64,000 nt of DNA from an uncultured Nitrospiraceae bacterium (GCA_963727805.1 CAVSHF010000005.1:896001-960000), one strand, 5' to 3'. Positions 49,899 to 61,151 are shown, counted from the stretch's first letter. A program made the numbers and translations. Notes: generated from the letters alone by a model not told the origin.

Positions 49899-50312
49899 TC
49901 TATGCTCCTCCAGTCAACTCAAGTCAAAAACCGACTCGCTTACTCAATTTTTATTATAATCGATTCCGTAGATCCTTGACAGGGTTTAGATGGAATGACT
50001 CAAAAGGGGCAGGGCTCCGAGACATTTAATGATCTGAACTATTTCCGTGTTCGACTTCCCATGCGTTGATAATCTTCAACTCCGCACCTGGGAGTATCGG
50101 AGTCACGTATAAGCATTTTTGACGGCATATTGGAAATTTTCTTGTAAGTATAGCTATCCATCTTCGCAAGAAATTCCAGAGCCTATTGAAAGCAGTCGAT
50201 ATTTCTCATATTTTCAGAAATCTCCCGCTGATCTGCCTCCGCGCGATTATCTCCCTGGCGATAAAGACATCAACTAACGGACACGATCATGCCGCTAATC
50301 GCATCGTACCTG

Positions 50313-51047
50313 TCACGACACGACACGAACAATGTTCTCTCTTGGGACCTTTTTGAGAAGTATTCTCAGAGCAGAATCAAGACCCTCCTCATCAGTGGAT
50401 TCGAGCGTCACCATCACAGAATGATCCCGATTATTAACGACAGGATAAGAGCCGACCTTGACGCCACTTTTGAGTCCTACAATCTCGTCAAGATAAGGCG
50501 CAAGGAGTGATTCGGCCTCGTTGAAATAAACCTTCTTGAGAAAGATTTTCGGCCCGCTAAAACGTTTCTCAACAGCAAGGAATTTCTTTCTCAGCAGTTC
50601 AGGTATGCCGGGGAAGATGAAGATGTTTTTGAACTTGATTAGGGGGAAAATAAGGTCCCCGTCGTGGAGGAGTTCGGCTCCTTCGGGGACCTCCGCCATC
50701 TTTAGCTGGGCGGGGGTGAGGTTTTTATGTCTTTGTTCAAGAAATCCCTTCAGGATGTCGTTTATCACTGGCCTGACTCCAAAAGCCTGCGAGATGCCCT
50801 GTATAGTAATATCGTCATGGGTCGGCCCGATGCCGCCCGAGGTAAAGACAAAATCAAATTTGTTTGAGAAGTCCCGCACTTCACGGGCTATTTCATCCGT
50901 CAGGTCGGGGATTACCGAAATACGACAGACCGTTATCCCGCGGGTCCAGAGCTCCTTCGTCATAAAAAAGGTATTCGTATCCTGGACCTTTCCAGTCAGA
51001 ATCTCATCACCGATAATAATTATGCCAGCTGTTTTTACCGAGGCCAT
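50313..51047 (-). CDS. CinA-N / molybdopterin-binding domain protein
   Basis: IGDEILTGK.QDTN, SGGIGPTHDD.T, PGIP. Confidence 0.85.
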   Translation of the reverse strand: MASVKTAGIIIIGDEILTGKVQDTNTFFMTKELWTRGITVCRISVIPDLTDEIAREVRDFSNKFDFVFTSGGIGPTHDDITIQGISQAFGVRPVINDILKGFLEQRHKNLTPAQLKMAEVPEGAELLHDGDLIFPLIKFKNIFIFPGIPELLRKKFLAVEKRFSGPKIFLKKVYFNEAESLLAPYLDEIVGLKSGVKVGSYPVVNNRDHSVMVTLESTDEEGLDSALRILLKKVPRENIVRVVS

Positions 51048-51112
51048 CGAATCAATTATAGCACGTTATGTTCCCGCTGCTGTCCGAGAATCATCCCTGA
51101 CTCCGACTTAGA

Positions 51113-52003
51113 TCATTTGCTCTCAGCCTGAATTCTCCCCGTTATTATTAAGCAGTCGTCGAATACGGCGATGGGCTTTTCAGAGGATTGCACCTCGCGG
51201 ATAACAAGCTCCTTCTGCCTGTCGATAAAGACTTGGCGGTGATCCACAGCAATCCCGGCGGCATCGAGAAGATCGAAGAACAGGTATCCGGGGATGGCCG
51301 CTTCGAGAATTCCTCCACCCTTCAGGAAATCCGAAAAGGCAGTCTGTCTTTTGAGTTCATGGAGTATCTTCATCATGAAAGGTTTCTGCCGCAAAAGACC
51401 GCTGCGGAATGCCGAAAAAGCAGTCCCATAATGCCGATCTGTAAACTTGCCGTTTCGCCAAACCTCACATGACGCTTTATCAGAAGACTGGAAGCCCCGG
51501 CATCGGGAAAATGCGCCCTTCTTCTGTTCTATAAAGACGGAATCTTGTCTCTCCTCGGGATAGATGGCACAGAATGGGACAAGTGAGCATTGTATTGGTT
51601 TTCTGCCTTCTTTATGCAGCCCGCAGAGATTATCGCCCCCCAGGACAGCGCAACGCCGGCTACGCCAGTTCCCCGCAATAAAATCGCCAACGATGAAATG
51701 CCTACCCGTCCCGATACCGATGGCTTCTAGAAAGTTTTCGTGTTCGGCATCAATTGGTATATATTTTCTAAACCCGACGGTAATAGGGAAAACATCATAA
51801 AGCTTGCCTATTTCGTCTATTGTAATCATCGTTGCTCCGCCACAGCACCAACTGGAGCAATCCCTAGCACAATCGAAGTTGCAGACGCCAGCGGTTAAAA
51901 GTACTTCTGTAGACGGCACTTCTGCCGAAGACGGACTTCCACAACACCGCTTGTATTTCTTCCCACTTCCGCAAGGACATGGGGTGTTTCGTTCCGGTTT
52001 CAT
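51113..52003 (-). CDS. SEC-C motif + YkgJ-like Cys-cluster protein
   Basis: RNTPCPCGSGKKYKRCC; FDCARDCSSWCC; C.LH...KP.QC..PF. Confidence 0.75.
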   Translation of the reverse strand: MKPERNTPCPCGSGKKYKRCCGSPSSAEVPSTEVLLTAGVCNFDCARDCSSWCCGGATMITIDEIGKLYDVFPITVGFRKYIPIDAEHENFLEAIGIGTGRHFIVGDFIAGNWRSRRCAVLGGDNLCGLHKEGRKPIQCSLVPFCAIYPEERQDSVFIEQKKGAFSRCRGFQSSDKASCEVWRNGKFTDRHYGTAFSAFRSGLLRQKPFMMKILHELKRQTAFSDFLKGGGILEAAIPGYLFFDLLDAAGIAVDHRQVFIDRQKELVIREVQSSEKPIAVFDDCLIITGRIQAESK

Positions 52004-52082
52004 TCTAAATCTATGGTAACAGAGTTTCAGGATAATAGTCATTTCCTTGCCCAAAGCTTTCTACGGATGTTATTTTAAAAGG

Positions 52083-54644
52083 ATGAACTTTTCCCGTTTC
52101 CAAAAACCAAGCCGCTATATAGACAGTGAATTCAATGTCCTGAGGAAAGAGTCCCCCCGTGATGCCGTGGATGTTACGGTGGCTCTGTCTTTCCCCGATA
52201 CTTACGAGATCGGAATGTCCCATCTCGGGCTTCGCATTCTCTACGAGATCATCAACAATCTGCCCTTTGCGACTGCCGAGAGGGCCTATGCGCCATGGAC
52301 AGACCTTAGAGACTATATGAAGAAAGATGGGGTTCCTCTTTGTTCCCTTGAGACAAAGAAGCCCCTCTGCGAATTTGATGTCGTCGGCTTCAGCCTGCAA
52401 TATGAGCTTTCCTACACCACCATTCTCGACATGCTCGACCTGGCGGGAATCCCTATAAGGGCTGCTGAGAGGATGCAATCAAAAATAGTGCAGCCTCTCA
52501 TCGTTGCCGGTGGCCCCTCTGCTGTGAATCCCGCGCCGATGGCCTCGTTTATCGATGCTTTTCTGATCGGTGACGGCGAAGAGGCGGTTGTAGAACTCAT
52601 CGAAGCGGTGCGGCAATGGAAGGACGGCGGCGGCAGCAGAGAAGACCGCCTGCGGACAATTTCTCAGATCGAGGGGTTTTATGTTCCTTTCATTCACGGC
52701 CATGCTAGCAAGATAAAACGCAGATTTGTCGACGATCTCAACTCTGCCCCCTTCCCTGAAAGACCGATTGTTCCCTATGCTCAGATCGTTCATGACCGGA
52801 TCAGCATCGAAGTGGCAAGAGGCTGTACGATGGGCTGCAGATTCTGCCAGGCGGGGATGATTTACCGTCCATTGCGCGAGCGGAGCCCCGAAAAGGTACT
52901 CGAAATCGCCGAAAAAACGCTCAAGAATACCGGCTATGACGAGGTTTCCTTTTCGTCTCTGAGCACAGGCGATTACCAGTGTCTTCTGCCGCTCATCAAG
53001 GAATTCAATCTCAGATTTCGTCCCATGAGAACAGCGGTGTCGCTCCCTTCGTTGCGAGTCGCATCGGTGAGCAGGGATGTGCTGAAAGAGATTCGGTCGG
53101 TAAGAAAGACCGGTTTTACGATGGCCCCTGAGGCAGCGACCGAACGGCTTCGCAATGTCATAAACAAGGACTTCACTGACGCCGACTATGAAAGCGCACT
53201 TACAGCCCTCTTCGAAGAAGGGTGGCTCACCCTCAAGCTCTATTTCATGATAGGACTGCCGACGGAGCGTGAAGAGGACATCGAAGCAATCAATGATATG
53301 GCCATGCGGGCACTCAAGATTGCAAAGAGGAACAGCGGGAAGTTCGTTAATATCAATATCACCGTTTCGCCTTTTATCCCTAAACCCCATACTCCTTTTC
53401 AGTGGTACGGGCAGATAAGCCTTGACGAGATGAAACGAAAACTTGGATTTCTGAGACGATCGATCAATTCAAGGAAATTTAAATACAAGGGTCATAACGA
53501 AGAGATGAGCTTCCTCGAAGCAGTCTTTGCGCGTGGTGACGAAACCCTCTCCCCTCTCATTGAGGAAGCTTGGAGATCGGGATGCAGGCTCGACGGTTGG
53601 TCTGAATTCTTCGACTTCAACAAATGGCTGCAGGCTATGGACAGGACCGGTGTCGAAGGCGCTGCCTATGCCGGCAGACAATTCGACAAGGATGATCCTT
53701 TGCCTTGGGATAACATCGATGTAGGGGTCAGCAAGGATTTCCTTTACCGGGAGTATGCAAAAGCTGTCGAGGGAACCATGACGGCGGACTGCAAAAAAAG
53801 CTGCTCGGCCTGTGGCCTTGCATGCAAACAGACTGTTGGTTCAGGGCTTGCCCTGCTCGGGCAGAAATCGGAAGCTGCGGCATCTCTCAACGCGCCGGCT
53901 CAGGAAACCGTTTCACAGTCGGCGCAGCACGTCAGGCCGAAGGTACGGGTCAGGACTGAGTTTTCGAAGACCGGCATGCTCCGCTACCTCTCTCACCTCG
54001 AACTTGTAACAACCATCATGCGAGCATTGAGACGGGCGGGCGTACCCCACGATTTTTCAAAGGGCTTTCATCCCAAGCCTGAGATATCCTTCGGTCCTTC
54101 CCTCAGAGTGGGTGTTGCGGGGACCAGAGAGTATTTCGATATGGAGGTCTTCACGCCCTTTGATGTACAATTATATAGTGCATTATTGAATAGCACATTA
54201 CCCGACGGAATCAAAGTCAACTCAATGCAGGTAATCCCTATGACGGAACCTTCGCTCACCGGCTTTGTCAGCAGGTATGAGTATATCGTTGGATATCTGG
54301 CGTCTCCCGACAGTAACGGGGGCCTAGAAACACGCTTGCCAATTATGCCTGCTCAGGGTGATAAAATCATTGTCAGGCGCGAGGATAAGGAAGTTGACCT
54401 GTCGCCCTGCATCGAATCAGCGGAGAGTATTGAGCTCTCAAAGTCTGAGGCGGGGCTTATGTTCGGACATGATATCAACTGGGCATACCGGCTGATTCTC
54501 AGGGACCGGGACGATATTAAGGTCAGACCCGGCGAAATCACCGAAGCGCTCTTCGGAATAAAAATGGAAGACCTCACGGTCATCAGGACACGCCTGTACG
54601 GGTGGAAAGAAGGATGGCCAGAGGGATGGAAGGAGCCGCTATGA
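52083..54644 (+). CDS. TIGR03960-type radical SAM protein fused to a TIGR03936-type domain
   Basis: KPSRY, FPD.YEIGMS.LG, RGCTMGCRFCQAG, KPHTPFQW; C-terminal YLSHL...RRAG...GFHP.P. Confidence 0.85.
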   Translation: MNFSRFQKPSRYIDSEFNVLRKESPRDAVDVTVALSFPDTYEIGMSHLGLRILYEIINNLPFATAERAYAPWTDLRDYMKKDGVPLCSLETKKPLCEFDVVGFSLQYELSYTTILDMLDLAGIPIRAAERMQSKIVQPLIVAGGPSAVNPAPMASFIDAFLIGDGEEAVVELIEAVRQWKDGGGSREDRLRTISQIEGFYVPFIHGHASKIKRRFVDDLNSAPFPERPIVPYAQIVHDRISIEVARGCTMGCRFCQAGMIYRPLRERSPEKVLEIAEKTLKNTGYDEVSFSSLSTGDYQCLLPLIKEFNLRFRPMRTAVSLPSLRVASVSRDVLKEIRSVRKTGFTMAPEAATERLRNVINKDFTDADYESALTALFEEGWLTLKLYFMIGLPTEREEDIEAINDMAMRALKIAKRNSGKFVNINITVSPFIPKPHTPFQWYGQISLDEMKRKLGFLRRSINSRKFKYKGHNEEMSFLEAVFARGDETLSPLIEEAWRSGCRLDGWSEFFDFNKWLQAMDRTGVEGAAYAGRQFDKDDPLPWDNIDVGVSKDFLYREYAKAVEGTMTADCKKSCSACGLACKQTVGSGLALLGQKSEAAASLNAPAQETVSQSAQHVRPKVRVRTEFSKTGMLRYLSHLELVTTIMRALRRAGVPHDFSKGFHPKPEISFGPSLRVGVAGTREYFDMEVFTPFDVQLYSALLNSTLPDGIKVNSMQVIPMTEPSLTGFVSRYEYIVGYLASPDSNGGLETRLPIMPAQGDKIIVRREDKEVDLSPCIESAESIELSKSEAGLMFGHDINWAYRLILRDRDDIKVRPGEITEALFGIKMEDLTVIRTRLYGWKEGWPEGWKEPL

Positions 54645-56158
54645 CAAGTGAACTCATCATCAACGTGACGAGAGAAGAGAGCAGGGTCGCTCTGCTTGAA
54701 GGCGGCCAGGTTGTCGAACTCTATATCGAGCGAAAGAAAGACACCAGTCTAGTCGGAAATGTCTACAAAGGCAGAGTCCTTAAAATTCTGCCTGGCATGC
54801 AATCCTCATTTATTGACATCGGCCTCGAAAAAGCTGCGTTTCTTTATGTTTCTGACATCATGCCGAATGACGAAGATTACTACGCGCCATTCATCGAGAG
54901 CAAATCGGATGAGGTACCCAGCGTGGACAATCCCCCGATCGCCACGGAGGCACCGAAACCTCTCCCCATCGAGGAACTGATCCAGGAGGGCCAGGAAATT
55001 CTCGTACAGGTGGCAAAAGATCCGATGGGCACCAAGGGAGCACGGGTCACTTCCTATGTTACGCTGCCTGGACGTTACTGCGTCCTTATGCCGAACGTGG
55101 AACATGTCGGCATATCCCGGAGGATTGAGAACGAACAGACGCGAGAACAGCTCAAATCAATCGCAAATGAAATGAAACCGAAAGGTTTTGGCATCATAAT
55201 GAGAACGGCGAGTGAGGATGCCTCTGCTGAAGAGATCAGGCGCGATCTCGAATTCCTGCTACTCGTCTGGGAAAATATCCAGAGGAAAAAAGATAAGGTT
55301 TCAGCCCCAGTGCTCCTTTACAGCGACCTCGACTTGGTTTTCAGGAGCATCAGGGATTTTATGAGTCATGAGGTGGAAAGGCTCGTCATCGACTCTCCGG
55401 ACGAGTTTGAACGGCTCAGCGAGTTCGTAAAGAATTACTTCGAAAGACTACTCGAAAGGATTGAGCTTTACGAAGGCAGGGAGCCGATCTTTGATGCTTT
55501 CGCAATCGAACACGATGTCTCGAGGGCCCTCGAGAGAAAGGTCTGGCTAAAGTCGGGAGGGTATATCATCATCGACCAAACCGAAGCGATGACTGTCATT
55601 GATGTAAACACCGGCAAGTTCGTCGGCAAGGAAAACCTCGAGGACACCATACTTAAGACTAACCTCGAAGCAGTCAAAGAGACCGCTTATCAGATACGGC
55701 TCAGAAACCTTGGCGGCATCATTATCATGGACTTCATCGACATGGAAAAGATGGAGAACAGAGAGAAGGTGTGCAATGCCCTGGTCGAGGCGATGAAAAA
55801 AGATCGAGCCAAAAGTACCATTTACAACATATCGGAACTTGGCATCATTCAGATGACACGCAAACGCGTGAGAGAAAGTCTCGGTCGGGTCCTCTGCGGG
55901 CAATGTCCCTATTGCGAGGGCAAGGGCTTCGTAAAATCCGCTCGAACCGTGGCTTACGAGATATTCAGAAAGCTCAGAAAAATGAACCTACCAAGCGGGA
56001 AGATGGCAGTAATAACAGCGAATTCAGCCGTGGCTGAACTCCTTTCGGACGAAGAACGGTATGGTATCGAGGAGATAGAGAACACCTTCGGTATAAAGCT
56101 TATTGTAAAAGAAGACTTCAGGCTGCATCAGGAGCATTACGAGATTATAGTACTGTGA
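54641..56158 (+). CDS. rng: Ribonuclease G (Rne/Rng family)
   Basis: GNVYKGRV..ILPGMQ..F.DIG, VQV.KDP...KGAR, IDVNTG, TNLEA, LRNLGGII..DFIDM. Confidence 0.93.
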   Translation: MTSELIINVTREESRVALLEGGQVVELYIERKKDTSLVGNVYKGRVLKILPGMQSSFIDIGLEKAAFLYVSDIMPNDEDYYAPFIESKSDEVPSVDNPPIATEAPKPLPIEELIQEGQEILVQVAKDPMGTKGARVTSYVTLPGRYCVLMPNVEHVGISRRIENEQTREQLKSIANEMKPKGFGIIMRTASEDASAEEIRRDLEFLLLVWENIQRKKDKVSAPVLLYSDLDLVFRSIRDFMSHEVERLVIDSPDEFERLSEFVKNYFERLLERIELYEGREPIFDAFAIEHDVSRALERKVWLKSGGYIIIDQTEAMTVIDVNTGKFVGKENLEDTILKTNLEAVKETAYQIRLRNLGGIIIMDFIDMEKMENREKVCNALVEAMKKDRAKSTIYNISELGIIQMTRKRVRESLGRVLCGQCPYCEGKGFVKSARTVAYEIFRKLRKMNLPSGKMAVITANSAVAELLSDEERYGIEEIENTFGIKLIVKEDFRLHQEHYEIIVL

Positions 56159-56415
56159 TAGGATTCTTATCCCATGGTATCTTTATTAATCTGAGTCCGA
56201 CACCTAATGACAATGGCGCCGGGGATGACTCTCTTCCGCTCAAATGCTCTCTTTTAACAGTTCTAAGCTCATTACGCTGCAGCCGCAAAGCTCTCCTGTA
56301 CAGGGCCTAGATAGTTGCGGCTGTTTAACACTCTATTTCAGTAAGGACGGTTGGCAAAGGCGGAGCAATTCGCTCCAGAGCGTCATCCGGCTGGCCGACA
56401 ACGCAGTAAGAAGAT

Positions 56416-57207
56416 ATGAACAATAAATACGAAAAACTACTCGTTCTTTTGAGCGACATGCAATCAGTCGTGCTTGCTTTTTCGGGAGGGGTGGACAGCA
56501 CCTTTCTGCTCAAGGCGCTGAAAGACTCGGGCGCTCGGACCATAGCCGTAATCGCCTCTTCCGAAACCATGCCGGAAACCGAATTGAAACATGCCGAGAA
56601 CATGGCCGCGTCAATCTGCGTTCCTTACCGGATAATAAGGACTTCTGAGCTGGATAATCCTGACTTTGCCCGGAATCCGGTGAATCGCTGCTTTTACTGC
56701 AAAGATGAACTCTTCATGAAACTGTACAGGATAGCCGATGCAGAAGGCTACGCAGCAGTCGTTGACGGAAGCAATGCAGATGATCTCTCCGACTGGAGGC
56801 CAGGCAGGGAAGCAGCCGTAAGGCATGGAGTGCGAAGCCCCCTCATTGAAGCAAGTTTTTCGAAAGATGAAATTAGATCTCTCTCCAAGAGCATGGGATT
56901 GCCTACATGGTCGAAGCCTTCGTCGCCCTGTCTTTCATCTCGCTTCCCCTATGGTATTGCGATCACAAGGGAAGGACTCCGGAGGGTCGAAGAGGCCGAG
57001 GCATTTTTAAAAAGCCTGGGCTTAACTGAATTGAGGGTGCGGAGCCATCATGGAGACCTCGCGAGGATAGAAGTAAAGGCCGCCGAAATTGATTCTCTCT
57101 TGCATACCGGTCTGAGGACAAAAATCGCCAATCGCTTCAGAGAACTTGGATTCAAGCATATCACCATCGACATTGAAGGCTTCAGAAGCGGGAATCTCAA
57201 TGGCTAG
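56416..57207 (+). CDS. larE: ATP-dependent sacrificial sulfur transferase LarE-like
   Basis: AFSGGVDS PP-loop, NP.NRCFYCK, DG.NADD..D.RPG, KPS.PCLSSRFPYG, RVR.H, GFRSG. Confidence 0.88.
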   Translation: MNNKYEKLLVLLSDMQSVVLAFSGGVDSTFLLKALKDSGARTIAVIASSETMPETELKHAENMAASICVPYRIIRTSELDNPDFARNPVNRCFYCKDELFMKLYRIADAEGYAAVVDGSNADDLSDWRPGREAAVRHGVRSPLIEASFSKDEIRSLSKSMGLPTWSKPSSPCLSSRFPYGIAITREGLRRVEEAEAFLKSLGLTELRVRSHHGDLARIEVKAAEIDSLLHTGLRTKIANRFRELGFKHITIDIEGFRSGNLNG

Positions 57208-58384
57208 AGATTCCAATCTCAACCTTTGCGTGCGGTGCGGAAACTGCAAGGCCCTCTGTCCGACCCACATTGAATTCAGGAGTGAAGGAATGAGCGCCCG
57301 CGGCCGCGTCGTGCTCCTGAAAAAACTCCTTACGGGAGAGATCGAAACATCTGACACCCTTGACCAAAGAATCTTCAGCTGCCTGCTCTGCGGCTCTTGC
57401 AACAGCCTCTGTCCCCTGGACATATCAGTTACCGATGCCGTTTACGAGGGCCGGAGAAAGCTGGCAGGCCGAAAGAAACGCTGGCTCTTCAGGGCGATTA
57501 TGAAATATGTCTTTACGGATCCTGAGAGGACACTACGGATGCTTCAGTTTCTTGAAAACGCGGGACTGCTGTCGCCGTTAAGCCGAATGAGGCCCTTCAA
57601 GGCCTTGCGCGAGCTTCGTATCAGGATTCCCAGGACACGTCTCAGAAACGAAGCCACGATCTTTAAAGTCTCTAATCCAAAAGGGAGGATCGCCCTCTTT
57701 GCCGGCTGCACGGTCGACTTCCTCTATCCTGCCATGGGCTTGTCGCTTATATACACGCTTAACGCCCTCGATTATGAGGTGGTAATGCCGAAAGGAGAAG
57801 TCTGCTGCGGCGCTCCACTGCTTGCCATGGGGCTCAGGGATGAGGCCGCTGCCCTCGCAGACAAGAACCTTAATGCATTTAAGAATCTTCAGGCCGAGGC
57901 CGTAATAAGCCTTTGTCCGACCTGCACGCACTTCATCAAAACCGAATACCCGAAGATCATCGGTGACGGCATCTGTAATGCCATGGATATATCACAGTTT
58001 CTTGGCGATAAGCCTCTCGATTCAATCCTTATGCCGCCTGAGAATCATAGTGGTACGATCACTTACCACGATCCCTGCCATTCAATCAATTATCTGGGCG
58101 TAAAAGAAGGACCTCGTAAGATTTTAAAGAACATGGGATTCGGGATCGTGGAACCGGCGGAAAGGGGTTGCTGCGGACTTGGCGGTACTGTTAGACTATT
58201 GCACGACGATGTCTCCATGGCTATCCTCGCAAATAGGGTAAAGGCCCTCGAAGGAACAGAAACACCGGAGATGATAGTCACATCCTGTCCCAACTGTGTC
58301 CTGCAACTCGAAAGCATGATCACAGACAGACCGGTAAAACACATAATAGAAATCATCGCCGCAAATATAAAAAGGAGAGCATAA
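57200..58384 (+). CDS. (Fe-S)-binding CCG-domain protein (GlcF-like)
   Basis: CVRCGNC...CP, CLLCGSC...CP, FAGC, CCGAP, YHDPCH, CCG.GG, TSCP.C. Confidence 0.85.
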   Translation: MARDSNLNLCVRCGNCKALCPTHIEFRSEGMSARGRVVLLKKLLTGEIETSDTLDQRIFSCLLCGSCNSLCPLDISVTDAVYEGRRKLAGRKKRWLFRAIMKYVFTDPERTLRMLQFLENAGLLSPLSRMRPFKALRELRIRIPRTRLRNEATIFKVSNPKGRIALFAGCTVDFLYPAMGLSLIYTLNALDYEVVMPKGEVCCGAPLLAMGLRDEAAALADKNLNAFKNLQAEAVISLCPTCTHFIKTEYPKIIGDGICNAMDISQFLGDKPLDSILMPPENHSGTITYHDPCHSINYLGVKEGPRKILKNMGFGIVEPAERGCCGLGGTVRLLHDDVSMAILANRVKALEGTETPEMIVTSCPNCVLQLESMITDRPVKHIIEIIAANIKRRA

Positions 58385-58386
58385 TA

Positions 58387-59136
58387 TTGGACAACAGCAA
58401 GACTGACAAATTCGAAATCGTCACCCCTCAAGGATATGAAGAGGGCGACAAGCCCAAAAAGATGAAATTCGTCAAGAAGACCTCCTGCGACCGGTGTGGT
58501 AGCTGCTGTACCGCCAGCACGCCTTCTCTCTTGAAGCAGGACCTGGACCTTTTTCGATCGAGCATCCTCTCGTTTGACAACACTTATACAATCCGGGAAG
58601 GCGAACTATTCGTCGTGCCCGGTGAGGAAGACCCCTATCGGTCGGCAATGGAACTCATCAAGGTCAGGTCGAAGGAAGGCACCACGGAATGTATTTTTTA
58701 TCATGAGGATGAGGGGTGCACGATCTATGACCGCAGGCCATCCCAGTGCGAAACCTTTGCGTGTTGGGAAATGCGGGAAGCGTTGACCGGACTCGAAGCG
58801 GATGCACTTCGGCGGGAAGACCTCTTCGGTGATATCGAATTGATTGCCGATATAATCGACCGTCATGAAGACCGCTGTTCTTACGAAAAACTGGCCCTCG
58901 CCGTGGAAAAAGCAACTGGGGGCGATGAAGCTGCAGCCGAGGAGATCGTTGATAGACTTCAGTATGATATGTTCATCCGGTCTTATGTCACTGAAAAATT
59001 CAACATGCCAGAAAGCTCCCTCGATCTTGTTTTTGGAAAGCCGATGACCGAAAAGATCAAAGAATTCGGGGTGAAGGTCGAAAAAGAGGGGGACGAATTC
59101 ATATTACTGCCAATAAATCATAAGGAGGGAGAATGA
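58387..59136 (+). CDS. YkgJ family Cys-cluster protein
   Basis: CDRCGSCC...CIF....[11 protein letters not shown]. Confidence 0.8.
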   Translation: MDNSKTDKFEIVTPQGYEEGDKPKKMKFVKKTSCDRCGSCCTASTPSLLKQDLDLFRSSILSFDNTYTIREGELFVVPGEEDPYRSAMELIKVRSKEGTTECIFYHEDEGCTIYDRRPSQCETFACWEMREALTGLEADALRREDLFGDIELIADIIDRHEDRCSYEKLALAVEKATGGDEAAAEEIVDRLQYDMFIRSYVTEKFNMPESSLDLVFGKPMTEKIKEFGVKVEKEGDEFILLPINHKEGE

Positions 59137-59783
59137 AATTTTTTATTGACACAGCTAATATCGAGGAGATCAAAAAGGCCTGGGAGCTGGGGGTTATCGA
59201 TGGTGTGACGACAAACCCTTCACTGATCTCGAAGGAAAAAAAAGACCCTATCGCTCTTTTTAGGGAAATCTGTGCAATAGTTGACGGGCCCATCAGTGCT
59301 GAAGTGCTAGCTACTAAAACGGAAGATATGGTCAAAGAGGCTGAACAGCTTGCAAAGATCCATGAGAACATCGTTGTCAAGATCCCGATGATCGAGGACG
59401 GGCTCAGGGCTGTTAGGAGGCTCACCGCTGCGGGGATCAGGACCAATGTAACCCTGATCTTTTCGTCGACTCAGGCGCTTTTGGCTGCTAAAGCAGGCGC
59501 GACTTATGTGAGCCCGTTTGTCGGAAGGCTTGATGATATTAGCCACACAGGGATGGACGTCGTCGCGGATATCCAGACTATTTATGAGAATTATGTGTTC
59601 GATACACAGGTAATCGTAGCCAGCATCAGAAATCCCCTTCATGTGGTTGAAGCGGCCCGCATAGGTGCAGATATCGCCACAATACCATACAGTGTGATCG
59701 GCCAGCTCATCAAGCATCCGCTCACAGACATCGGGCTCGCAAAATTCCTGAAAGACTGGGAAAAGGTCAAAGCAGCAAAATAA
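59133..59783 (+). CDS. fsa: Transaldolase / fructose-6-phosphate aldolase
   Basis: [41 protein letters not shown]. Confidence 0.93.
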   Translation: MKFFIDTANIEEIKKAWELGVIDGVTTNPSLISKEKKDPIALFREICAIVDGPISAEVLATKTEDMVKEAEQLAKIHENIVVKIPMIEDGLRAVRRLTAAGIRTNVTLIFSSTQALLAAKAGATYVSPFVGRLDDISHTGMDVVADIQTIYENYVFDTQVIVASIRNPLHVVEAARIGADIATIPYSVIGQLIKHPLTDIGLAKFLKDWEKVKAAK

Positions 59784-59970
59784 GCTGACTGTAATCATAC
59801 ATAAGGCAGTCCGACTTTCAACAAAGGATATCAGTACTTGGGTACTAGTTTGAGTTTTGACCAAGATAGACCTACTATTTCTTTTGAGTTAATCCCGAAC
59901 CGGATAACTCAGGCTATTTTACTTCAATCCGGCATGCCTTATGCGGTAATAGACAACAAGAGAGGGCATT

Positions 59971-60198
59971 ATTAAAGACGAAGCCTGGACGGTAATTTAC
60001 GTAACCTACGACTCCCTTGAGGCCGAGATGATCAAAGACCTTCTTGAAAGCGGTGAAATCCCTGTTGTCCTCAGATCATCAAAGGTGAGTCCCTACCCCG
60101 TCAACGTCGGCAAGATCGGAGAGATCAAAATTCTTGTGAACGACAACGACAAAGAGATAGCAGAAAAACTGATCAAGGAAGAAATCGATAACGATTAA
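59971..60198 (+). CDS. DUF2007-like small protein; no canonical start before the conserved N-terminus
   Basis: (I)KDEAWTVIYVTYDSLEAEMIKDLLESGEIPVVLR...GEIKILV...EIAEKLI*; in-frame TAG at 59950-59952. Confidence 0.6.
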   Translation: MKDEAWTVIYVTYDSLEAEMIKDLLESGEIPVVLRSSKVSPYPVNVGKIGEIKILVNDNDKEIAEKLIKEEIDND

Positions 60199-60371
60199 CT
60201 TAATATACTGTTGATTGCTGGAACAAATCACTTGGTAACCGTGCACTAAATATTTTTTGCGGCGCTCGTACAAGCGGAATTTACGTAATGTGTCGTTGTG
60301 AAATTTCCCCCAATTCACTCAGCCATTACTTTCAGTTCACATGGAATTTAAAGACCCCAGTTTATTCATCC

Positions 60372-61151
60372 TTAATTCGTTGTCCTTATATTATTAATGG
60401 CTTCAGATCGATTTCCGCCTTTTCTCTTTGCTTTATACATGGCATCATCTACCCTCTTCAGAAGGGAATCTTCCGTATCGCTATCAAGAGCCTCTACCAC
60501 ACCTAAACTTATTGTTAATTGCCCGACTTGATCGAATATATGCCCTTCTACCATTTTTCTTATTTTCTCTGCCACTATGTATGCTTCATCCATTTTGCTA
60601 TCCGAACAAATTATGAGGAATTCCTCACCACCCCATCTCACAAAGTAATCTAATGTCCTTATATTCTCTCTTACAAAATCAGCTATCGTTCTCAAAACAT
60701 AATCACCACCATTATGACCGTAGCTATCATTCACCTCTTTGAAGTGGTCAATATCAAACATTAGCATGGAGAATGGCCGACGATATCTTCTGATTCTTTC
60801 TATTTCCCTTTCTATTATTTCATCAAATTTCATTCTGTTATAAGCTCCCGTCAATTTATCTATAGTTGCCAGTTTCTCTAATTCTCTATTTTTAACATTG
60901 ACAATCTCTCTATATTCGATCAATTGTTTATGAATAATTGCGAAAGTATCTCTGATAGTTGCATTCTTGAAGTTGGCTAGAAAAACTCCACAGGAAAGAC
61001 ATATCTCTATCTTCTCTAAGAACGTTCCCTGAAGCTCCCCTCGACAATAGGTTCCTGAAAACAGCCAGCATCTGAGATCTTGAGACATAAAAGCAGGACA
61101 TGAGTTATTTTGACATTTAAAAAGTTCCCAGCATTTAGGCTTTATTTTCAA
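60372..61151 (-). CDS. Diguanylate cyclase (GGEEF) with N-terminal Cys-rich CW domain
   Basis: CWE...C....CPA......CW...GT.C...C..C, then DKLTGAYNR, DIDHFK.VND.YGH..GD, RWGGEEF, AMY.AK..G.N. Confidence 0.9.
   Translation of the reverse strand: MKIKPKCWELFKCQNNSCPAFMSQDLRCWLFSGTYCRGELQGTFLEKIEICLSCGVFLANFKNATIRDTFAIIHKQLIEYREIVNVKNRELEKLATIDKLTGAYNRMKFDEIIEREIERIRRYRRPFSMLMFDIDHFKEVNDSYGHNGGDYVLRTIADFVRENIRTLDYFVRWGGEEFLIICSDSKMDEAYIVAEKIRKMVEGHIFDQVGQLTISLGVVEALDSDTEDSLLKRVDDAMYKAKRKGGNRSEAINNIRTTN

Noticed and set aside
49900..50310. Possible degraded gene (rfbB or a sugar transferase) upstream of rfbA
   Set aside because: No convincing motif was recovered in any frame by eye.
52479..53390. 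Long antisense ORF (303 aa), and similar shadow ORFs such as 46773-47459, 35028-35681 and 31807-32430
   Set aside because: They lie opposite well-supported genes and have no recognisable motifs.
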